A stretch of 64,000 nucleotides of DNA from Bacteroidales bacterium OttesenSCG-928-B11 (lineage in GTDB: Bacteria > Bacteroidota > Bacteroidia > Bacteroidales > WCHB1-69): the NCBI GenBank assembly GCA_030267125.1, contig JAJDJJ010000001.1, forward strand, positions 78,027 to 142,026, read 5' to 3'. This document shows, one piece after another, positions 57,324 through 64,000 of this stretch. The notes below the pieces were generated by a model that saw only the letters and a list, made by a program, of their open reading frames with translations, did not search any database and was not told where the DNA came from. A program made the position numbers and the translations under genes. The first letter of the stretch is position 1. Every line of letters begins with the position of its first letter.

Positions 57324-58714
57324 CTTCTAAATATTTCGATAAGGTTTATAATGTCGGGGATCTCTTCCAACTTGGAATTCAGATTCAAGAAGGTTCTGTA
57401 TTGTTTGAAATTGAGCATTAGAGCATTACATAGATGTTGGTTGCCATTAGCGATATCCCCCGACAGGTAATAGCACGCTGCGATGAAATAATCCTTCATT
57501 TGGCTCACTGCTTTGTGCGATTCATAATGCCGGAAGATGATCAAGCCGTCCAAATAATGCTCGTAAGTACAACAATAAATGATGAAATCTTCAAAATGAA
57601 GTTCTTCGAATTCGGTGAGCTCCAGTGTGCAGGCGAATAATTCGATCAGTTTTTCCTCATGCAGGGTTTCGTCATACAACTGCAAAGCGAAAAAAAGGAG
57701 GTCGAAATTGTTGGGCATAGCCTTGATCGCTTTCATTACGTAGTTGCGAGTTGCGGCCGTATTATTGCTCTCTTTGCATAAGTTAATCATGCCGTAAAGC
57801 GCATCCACATTTTCGGGCTCCAACTCCAAAGCTTTCAGATAATAGTCTCGCGCCATGTCGAAATTCCCCAATTTGTAGTAACAATCGCCAATGCAAGCGA
57901 TTGAATTGAAGTCGTTTTGTTCAATTTCCCATGATGTCATATAGGATTGGATCGCATTTTCATACTGTTCCATGTCGAAGTAGGAATTGCCGATATTGTA
58001 ATAGGCCGTGGGGATATCGTCATCGATGCTTAAAGCGTATTTGTATGCGTTGATGGCCTCTTCATGATTTCCTAACCAGCTGTAAACTAAGCCTAATCCG
58101 AACCAAGTTCCTTTGAGCAGCGGAAATTCATCCGTCAAACTCGAATAGAAGACGAGGGCATCGGAATAGTTGGCGCTATGCTCAAAATAGTAGGAGAAGT
58201 GATATAGCTTTTCTGCGAACTCTTCATCCTCTCGGATGGCGAATTTTAGGCGGTCGATGGCTTTCCCAAGTTGGTTTCTTTTGAGGTATTCAAATGACAG
58301 GAAGAATTGTGTTTCAGGATCTTTAGGATCCATATCCTGCGCTTTCAGTAGTAACCGGTAATTTTCAGGGTCATCTTCGAGGATAGAATTAAGCACATAT
58401 TTTTCTTTATACAGTTCCGGAGACGGAGGAAACTGACTCTCCACCAAACGCAGTTCCTCTTCCGCCTTCTCGAACTCGATCTCCATGCGGAACTTCTTGG
58501 CTCTCAATATGTGGAAGATGGCTTGCTGTGGAAAAACGGAGATAGCATAATCCAACGCCTTGTCGCAATATTCAAAATCGAAGAAAAATAAAAACTCTTC
58601 GATGATAATCTCCATCTCCTCCGAATCGAAGAAATGAGGATTATTTCCTTTTATCATTTGTTTGAAACGACTTACTAATTCGTCGTAATTTTCTCTCTCT
58701 AACTGTTCCATCAA
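57320..58714 (-). CDS. tetratricopeptide-repeat protein
   Basis: Multiple 34-aa TPR-like units (e.g. AINAYKYALSIDDDIPTAYYNIGNSYFDMEQYENAIQSY...). 4-nt overlap with the dedA-like start. Confidence 0.8.
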   Translation of the reverse strand: MMEQLERENYDELVSRFKQMIKGNNPHFFDSEEMEIIIEEFLFFFDFEYCDKALDYAISVFPQQAIFHILRAKKFRMEIEFEKAEEELRLVESQFPPSPELYKEKYVLNSILEDDPENYRLLLKAQDMDPKDPETQFFLSFEYLKRNQLGKAIDRLKFAIREDEEFAEKLYHFSYYFEHSANYSDALVFYSSLTDEFPLLKGTWFGLGLVYSWLGNHEEAINAYKYALSIDDDIPTAYYNIGNSYFDMEQYENAIQSYMTSWEIEQNDFNSIACIGDCYYKLGNFDMARDYYLKALELEPENVDALYGMINLCKESNNTAATRNYVMKAIKAMPNNFDLLFFALQLYDETLHEEKLIELFACTLELTEFEELHFEDFIIYCCTYEHYLDGLIIFRHYESHKAVSQMKDYFIAACYYLSGDIANGNQHLCNALMLNFKQYRTFLNLNSKLEEIPDIINLIEIFRS

Positions 58715-58832
58715 ATTGTCCCTGTCCTGTTGCTAAAAAACGGTCGCGAAGATAACGAAAAAAGAAGGACGTGGAGATGGAAACAACGACCTCGGATTAA
58801 ACACAAGGTACACAATGGTTTTGCAAGGTCAC

Positions 58833-58871
58833 AAAAAAAACTGTATAACTCGAAAATGCGGTTATACAGTT
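58833..58871 (-). terminator. terminator downstream of asnS
   Basis: aaaaaaaaCTGTATAAC-(11 nt)-GTTATACAGtt. On the minus strand the stem is followed by an 8-T tract. Confidence 0.8.
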
Positions 58872-58915
58872 AATATGTTTATGTCAATTGGTGTGGTCAT
58901 TCGACCGATGGGTCA

Positions 58916-60319
58916 TTAGAACTCCGCATTCATCGGTGTGCGAGGGAACGGAATCACATCTCTGATATTGGATAACCCGGTGACAAAGAGCATCAACCGT
59001 TCAAAGCCGAGACCGAATCCGGCATGAGGGGCGGTGCCAAATTGACGCGTCTCCAAGTACCACCAAACATCCTTTTCGGGAATGCCCAGCTCTCGCACGC
59101 GTTGGAGTAGTTTGTCGTAATCAGCTTCGCGTTCCGAACCGCCGATGATCTCGCCGATCTTCGGGAAAAGTACGTCCATGGCTCGTACCGTCTTGCCGTC
59201 GTCATTTTGTTTCATATAGAAAGCCTTGATCTCTTTGGGGTAATCCACCAAAATAACCGGCTTGTGAAAATGTTCCTCTACTAAATAACGCTCGTGTTCC
59301 GATTGCAGGTCAACACCCCATTCCACCTTAAACTCGAACTTTTTGCCCGATTTTAACAAAATATCAATCGCTTCTGTGTAAGCTAATCGCACGAAATCAT
59401 TTTTTGTAACAAACTGGAGACGTTCGATCAACTCTTTGTCTATCATGTTGTTGAGGAATTCGAGGTCATCACTGTTGTTATCCAATGCATATTGCACGAG
59501 ATATTTGATAAACTCTTCCGCCAAATCCATATTGTCAGTATTGTCGTTGAAAGCGACTTCGGGTTCGATCATCCAAAATTCGGCCAAGTGTCTGGGAGTA
59601 TTGCTGTTTTCCGCTCTGAAAGTAGGGCCGAAAGTGTAAATACCGCCTAAAGCTAATGCGCCAAGTTCACCTTCAAGTTGTCCTGAAACGGTCAGGTTGG
59701 TAGGTTTCCCAAAGAAATCTTGTGCATAATCGACTTTCCCTTCTTCTGTCTTCGGAATATTTTGCAGATCGAGGGTGGTGACATTAAACATGGCGCCGGC
59801 ACCTTCAGCGTCGGAGCCAGTAATGATCGGCGTATGCATGTAGAAATAGCCCTTATCGTTGAAAAACTTGTGGATGGCGAAAGACATGGCGTGGCGTAGA
59901 CGGAGCACGCAACCGAAATAGTTGGTACGCGGCCGCAGGTGAGCGATTTCGCGTAGAAACTCCATGCTGTGCCCTTTCTTCTGCAACGGGTAAACTTCCG
60001 GATTCGCCGTGCCAAACACTTCGATATTGTCGGCTTGAATCTCAACGGATTGTCCTTTCCCTTGCGATTCAACGAGGATGCCGGTTGCGCAGATGCACGC
60101 ACCGGTGGTCACCAATTTCATCATTTCGGGATCAAACTTCTCCAAGTCTGCCACGATTTGGATATTTTGCACGATAGAGCCATCATTGAGGGCGATGAAC
60201 GCAACGTTATTGTTGCCTCTTTTCGTTCTAACCCAGCCCTTAACAAGAGCTTTATTGCCAATACCAATAACTTCCGGTCTTTTTAAAAGATCGACTATTT
60301 TTGAACGTTTCACTGTCAT
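58916..60319 (-). CDS. asnS: asparagine--tRNA ligase
   Basis: OB-fold N-terminus ([21 protein letters not shown]). Class II motifs [19 protein letters not shown] and [11 protein letters not shown]...GFGLGFERL. The ATG directly abuts the rpoD stop (TAAATG). Confidence 0.95.
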   Translation of the reverse strand: MTVKRSKIVDLLKRPEVIGIGNKALVKGWVRTKRGNNNVAFIALNDGSIVQNIQIVADLEKFDPEMMKLVTTGACICATGILVESQGKGQSVEIQADNIEVFGTANPEVYPLQKKGHSMEFLREIAHLRPRTNYFGCVLRLRHAMSFAIHKFFNDKGYFYMHTPIITGSDAEGAGAMFNVTTLDLQNIPKTEEGKVDYAQDFFGKPTNLTVSGQLEGELGALALGGIYTFGPTFRAENSNTPRHLAEFWMIEPEVAFNDNTDNMDLAEEFIKYLVQYALDNNSDDLEFLNNMIDKELIERLQFVTKNDFVRLAYTEAIDILLKSGKKFEFKVEWGVDLQSEHERYLVEEHFHKPVILVDYPKEIKAFYMKQNDDGKTVRAMDVLFPKIGEIIGGSEREADYDKLLQRVRELGIPEKDVWWYLETRQFGTAPHAGFGLGFERLMLFVTGLSNIRDVIPFPRTPMNAEF

Positions 60320-61189
60320 TTATCCTAAATAAGCTTTAAGGTTTTTGCATTTGGAAGAGTGTTTCAATCTGCGGATTGCTTTCTCTTTGATTTGTCTAAC
60401 CCTTTCGCGGGTAAGGTCGAATTTCTCTCCGATCTCCTCCAGCGTCATTGGGTGTTTGCTGTCTAAGCCAAAGTACAACTTCACGATGTCGGCTTCGCGC
60501 TGTGGCAATGTGTCGATTGCCCGGTTGATCTCCAACTTCAGTGATTCGTACAGCAGGCCGGTATCCGGTGTTGGCGACTCTTCCGACTTGATCACATCGT
60601 ACATGTTATTATCTTCGTCTTGTGTCAGCGAGGCGTCCATGGAGAGGTGGCGGGAAGAGTTTCTCATGGAATCCTTCACCTCCGCCTCGGTGATGTCGAG
60701 CAGCAGAGCGATCTCTTCCACTTTGGGCTCGCGCTCGTACTCTTGTTCGAGCTGTGCGTAAGCTTTGTTGATCTTGTTGATAGTCCCGATCTTGTTGAGC
60801 GGAAGTCTCACGATCCGAGATTGTTCGGCCAATGCTTGCAGGATCGATTGTCTGATCCACCAAACAGCATAGGAGATAAATTTGAACCCGCGCGTTTCAT
60901 CAAAACGTTGTGCTGCCTTAATTAACCCGAGATTTCCCTCGTTGATAAGGTCGGGTAAATTAAGTCCTTGGTTTTGATACTGTTTAGCAACGGAAACAAC
61001 GAACCGGAGGTTTGCTTTTGTTAATTTCTCCAGTGCTTGTTGGTCGCCGTCTTTAATTAATCGCGCCAATCTCACCTCTTCATCAGCGGTGATAAGGTCT
61101 ACTTTTCCAATGTCGTGCAGATACTTATCTAACGAGGCGGTTTCACGATTGGTAACTTGTTTCGTAATGTTAAGCTGTCTCATAGGCAA
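60320..61189 (-). CDS. rpoD: primary RNA polymerase sigma factor (short Bacteroidota sigma-A type)
   Basis: Region 2 ([36 protein letters not shown]) and region 4 ([27 protein letters not shown]). Confidence 0.95.
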   Translation of the reverse strand: MPMRQLNITKQVTNRETASLDKYLHDIGKVDLITADEEVRLARLIKDGDQQALEKLTKANLRFVVSVAKQYQNQGLNLPDLINEGNLGLIKAAQRFDETRGFKFISYAVWWIRQSILQALAEQSRIVRLPLNKIGTINKINKAYAQLEQEYEREPKVEEIALLLDITEAEVKDSMRNSSRHLSMDASLTQDEDNNMYDVIKSEESPTPDTGLLYESLKLEINRAIDTLPQREADIVKLYFGLDSKHPMTLEEIGEKFDLTRERVRQIKEKAIRRLKHSSKCKNLKAYLG

Positions 61190-61252
61190 AAAATTTAGTT
61201 GCTAATACGATCGGGTTTTACTTTTGTTACGATTCCGAAAAACAAAAGCCGG

Positions 61253-61260
61253 CAAAAGTA
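61253..61260 (-). promoter_or_regulatory. -7 box upstream of rpoD-asnS
   Basis: Minus strand reads TACTTTTG, 64 nt before the ATG at 61189. Confidence 0.5.
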
Positions 61261-61366
61261 CTAAAAAAGAAGACGTGGAAAGTTCGGTATCCGATATTTG
61301 TGTTTCTCAAGATGAAAAACGGCTACATTGTATATAGTATCAGCCTGCTCTTTTGCTTTAAATGCA

Positions 61367-61400
61367 AAAGACAGTAATTGTCTTGTAAATTACTGTCTTT
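61367..61400. terminator. hairpin terminator downstream of tRNA-Pro (T-rich flanks on both strands)
   Basis: AAAGACAGTAATT-gtcttgta-AATTACTGTCTTT. Perfect 13-bp stem. Confidence 0.75.
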
Positions 61401-61417
61401 CATTTTGTTTCAAATCG

Positions 61418-61491
61418 TCGGGGTGAGAAGACTCGAACTTCCGACCCCTTGCACCCCATGCAAGTACGCTAGCCAACTGCGCCACACCCCG
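61418..61491 (-). tRNA. tRNA-Pro (anticodon GGG)
   Basis: The reverse complement is CGGGGTGTGGCGCAGTTGGCTAGCGTACTTGCATGGGGTGCAAGGGGTCGGAAGTTCGAGTCTTCTCACCCCGA. Anticodon loop is ATGGGGT. Confidence 0.88.
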
Positions 61492-61502
61492 TTTTGAGGG
61501 TG

Positions 61503-61510
61503 CAAAAATA
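61503..61510 (-). promoter_or_regulatory. -7 box upstream of tRNA-Pro
   Basis: Minus strand reads TATTTTTG, 12 nt upstream of the tRNA 5' end. Confidence 0.5.
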
Positions 61511-61617
61511 CTATTTTTTCCTTACGATTTTCAAGCAAAACAGTTTTTTTTATAATAGGCATTCGATAGTGTGATAATAAATGTGATTGTGCACTCCATT
61601 AGGACCGGCAAAAGTAT

Positions 61618-61625
61618 TATTTTTG
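61618..61625 (+). promoter_or_regulatory. -7 box upstream of the kinase-family gene
   Basis: TATTTTTG, 28 nt before the ATG at 61653. Confidence 0.45.
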
Positions 61626-61652
61626 CGCTTTTCTAAAAATCACAAATAATCT

Positions 61653-63314
61653 ATGGCAAATATTACAGTATATATTAAAGACTTGGCAAAGGTCTGCAAA
61701 TATCCGTTCGGCACTTCGTTGAGCGAAATCGTTAAAGCGGAAAAAATGACCTCCGAATATCCTTTTTTGGGTGCATTGGTTAATAATAAGGTGCGGGATT
61801 TGAATTACCGGCTCCACAAACCGGTTGCTATAAATTTTTTTGACATCACCTCCACGCACGGCATAGATATGTATAGCCGTTCCTTATATTTTATTTTGTT
61901 CAAGGCTGTTAGGGATGAATTACCTCACGTAACACTTAAGATTTTACATTCGATTTCCGGTGGCAAGTATTGTGAACTGGAAGGTTTAGAGGGTGAATTG
62001 ACACAAGACATTGTGGATCGCTTGGAACAACGAATGAAGGAAATTACCGCACGCAATATTCCCTTTTTGCGAGACGAGATGCTTACCCCCAATGCGTTGG
62101 CGGAGTTCAAAAAACATAATTTATACGAGAAGGCGCGTCTCTTTGAAGATAGAGGTAAGATATTCACTTCCGTCTATCGGTTGGATGATGATGTCAATTA
62201 CTACTATGGTGTATTGGTTCCCTCAACCGGTATTGTGGATACCTATAAATTAGAGATTTACGAAAGTGGGCTGTTGTTGAAACTCCCACCTCGAAAATCA
62301 CCCAAGACATTGCCTAAAACCCGGAAATTGCCTAAGCTGTTTTCTGTATATCAGGCATATAATAGATGGGTGATGCAAATGGGTGTTCCTTATATTTCCG
62401 ATATCAATGATCGGATAGATAGCGGTGAAATTGATGATTTTGTAAGAATTACCGAGGCTTTTCATGAAAAATTGATCGCCAATTTGGCGGATAAGGTACA
62501 CGAAAAAGGTGGTGTGAAAATCGTGCTGCTTAGTGGTCCCTCCAGTTCGGGGAAAACAACAACCTGCCGGCGGTTGTCGGTGCAATTAGGCGTTTTGGGT
62601 TACAAGCCCGTGCAGATATCGGTGGACGATTTCTTTGTGGAACGCAGCGAAACACCTCGTGATGAAAACGGGGACTACGACTTTGAAACGATTGATGCTG
62701 TTGATCTTCCCCTTTTTAATCAAACACTCAACGAGTTGTTGCAAGGTAAAGAGGTGCGGATGCCTACCTTTAATTTTGCCACAGGTCAAAAAGAGTGGCG
62801 CGGAAAGACGCTCCAAATAAACGAGAAGTCAATTCTGATTGTGGAGGGTATTCACTGCCTGAATCCTAAACTTACTGAAAGGATCGATGACAGATATAAA
62901 TTCAAAATATTTGCATCCGCATTGATTTCAGTGAGCATTGATTCACAAAATCCGATTCCTACTTCCGATAACCGGTTGATACGTCGCATTATTCGTGATT
63001 ACCGCTACCGGAACTATTCCGCATTGGACACGCTGCGCAGATGGCCAAGCGTGCGTAACGGTGAGGCAAAATATATCTTTCCCTTTCAAGAAAACGCCGA
63101 CATCATGTTCAATACATCGCTGAGTTGCGAGCTGGGGATTTTGAAACAGTATGCCATTCCGATCCTGCGCGAGGTGCCCGAAACCGAGCCCGAATACGCC
63201 GAGGCGAGCCGTTTGCTAAAGTTTCTCTCCTTCTTCAAAACCATTCCCGAAAAATCAGTGCCTCCGGGATCCATCTTGCGAGAGTTTGTGGGAGGAAGTC
63301 ATTTTAGCTATTGA
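61653..63314 (+). CDS. uridine-kinase/nucleoside-kinase family P-loop protein with long N-terminal (TGS/ThrRS-like) extension
   Basis: P-loop LLSGPSSSGKTTT and IVEGIHCLNP kinase block, with about 290 aa N-terminal to the kinase domain. Confidence 0.7.
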   Translation: MANITVYIKDLAKVCKYPFGTSLSEIVKAEKMTSEYPFLGALVNNKVRDLNYRLHKPVAINFFDITSTHGIDMYSRSLYFILFKAVRDELPHVTLKILHSISGGKYCELEGLEGELTQDIVDRLEQRMKEITARNIPFLRDEMLTPNALAEFKKHNLYEKARLFEDRGKIFTSVYRLDDDVNYYYGVLVPSTGIVDTYKLEIYESGLLLKLPPRKSPKTLPKTRKLPKLFSVYQAYNRWVMQMGVPYISDINDRIDSGEIDDFVRITEAFHEKLIANLADKVHEKGGVKIVLLSGPSSSGKTTTCRRLSVQLGVLGYKPVQISVDDFFVERSETPRDENGDYDFETIDAVDLPLFNQTLNELLQGKEVRMPTFNFATGQKEWRGKTLQINEKSILIVEGIHCLNPKLTERIDDRYKFKIFASALISVSIDSQNPIPTSDNRLIRRIIRDYRYRNYSALDTLRRWPSVRNGEAKYIFPFQENADIMFNTSLSCELGILKQYAIPILREVPETEPEYAEASRLLKFLSFFKTIPEKSVPPGSILREFVGGSHFSY

Positions 63315-63424
63315 GGAAATGAACGGACAAGGCCGCAAAGTAATAGACCGCAGCAGAAAACTATGTGCAACGGGTCCCGTTTCGCATTTTGAACAAAAGC
63401 ATCAATTAATCGTATCATACTTAT

Positions 63425-64000
63425 ATGCAGAATAGAAAAAATAACAAACGCACGCTGAAGCCCGGCAATATGCTAAATCCCATGCCGGTAGTAATGGTGA
63501 GTTGCGGAACTACTCCCGATAATTATAATATCATCACGGTGGCGTGGACGGGCACCATTTGCTCTGATCCGCCGATGTGCTATGTTGCCATTCGACCAAC
63601 CAGGCATTCTTACAATATTATTAAAGAAGAAAAAGAATTTGTTATCAATTTAGTGTCTAGTGAATTAGTTACAGTAACGGATTGGTGTGGTGTGAAGTCA
63701 GGCAAGAAAGTGAACAAGTTTATGCAAACTAATTTGACACCGGTAAGAGGGGAGAAGGTCAAATCGCCATTGATATTCGAATCGCCGGTAAACTTGGAGT
63801 GCGTAGTAAAAGAAATCGTTCCGCTGGGTACACACGATATGTTTATTGCCGAGATCGTCGCTGTGCATGCAGACCAAAACCTCTTCGACAGAAAGAGCGA
63901 CGCGCTATTGTTAGAGAGGGCTAATTTGGTTGCCTATTCGCACGGACAATATTATAATTTGGGTAAAAGATTGGGCAAGTTTGGATTTTCGGTTCAAAAA
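63425..64000 (+). CDS. flavin reductase-like FMN-binding protein (3' end outside window)
   Basis: ATG at 63425. The frame stays open for 192 codons to the window edge. PMPVVMVSCG...NIITVAWTGTICSDPPM... is typical of the flavin reductase domain. This ORF is not in the supplied track because it has no stop. Confidence 0.75.
   Translation, partial: MQNRKNNKRTLKPGNMLNPMPVVMVSCGTTPDNYNIITVAWTGTICSDPPMCYVAIRPTRHSYNIIKEEKEFVINLVSSELVTVTDWCGVKSGKKVNKFMQTNLTPVRGEKVKSPLIFESPVNLECVVKEIVPLGTHDMFIAEIVAVHADQNLFDRKSDALLLERANLVAYSHGQYYNLGKRLGKFGFSVQK

Noticed and set aside
60317-60322. Zero-gap rpoD stop / asnS start junction (TAAATG) considered as a fusion or frameshift site
   Set aside because: Both ORFs are full length with intact termini. 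This is simple operon packing.

Overview
This 64 kb window looks like a chromosomal segment of an anaerobic Bacteroidota genome. Evidence: TAnnTTTG -7 promoter boxes, a T9SS C-terminal sorting domain, GH97/GH29 glycosidases, DUF1573, KorAB and an [FeFe]-hydrogenase. It is densely coding: about 50 CDS (two cut by the window edges), three tRNAs (Gly-GCC, Leu-TAA, Pro-GGG), one truncated nitroreductase pseudogene, and several clear bidirectional hairpin terminators. I saw no CRISPR array, transposase or integrase. Housekeeping genes include korAB, pbpC, purE/purC, mpl, rplY, aroE, asnS and rpoD. The most interesting locus is 25.5-33.9 kb. It holds a trimeric NuoE/NuoF-type [FeFe]-hydrogenase (hydCBA) in one tightly spaced operon with a hydrogenase-like H-domain fused directly to a histidine kinase, two stand-alone receiver proteins and a receiver-kinase hybrid. 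None of these signalling proteins has a recognisable output domain, so this is a candidate H2-sensing phosphorelay. The locus sits between pbpC and a 1993-aa thioester alpha-2-macroglobulin, two genes that are usually neighbours, together with two tRNAs, an AT-rich DUF1016 nuclease cassette and a truncated gene, which suggests insertion. Secondary candidates are a radical-SAM/GT1/SMP-30 trio, a WG-repeat lipoprotein with 12 near-identical 102-bp units, a LiaF-like/membrane-LytTR pair, a duplicated promoter-hairpin module, and two small-RNA-like hairpin loci. All functional calls rest on by-eye motif recognition. No database searches were run.
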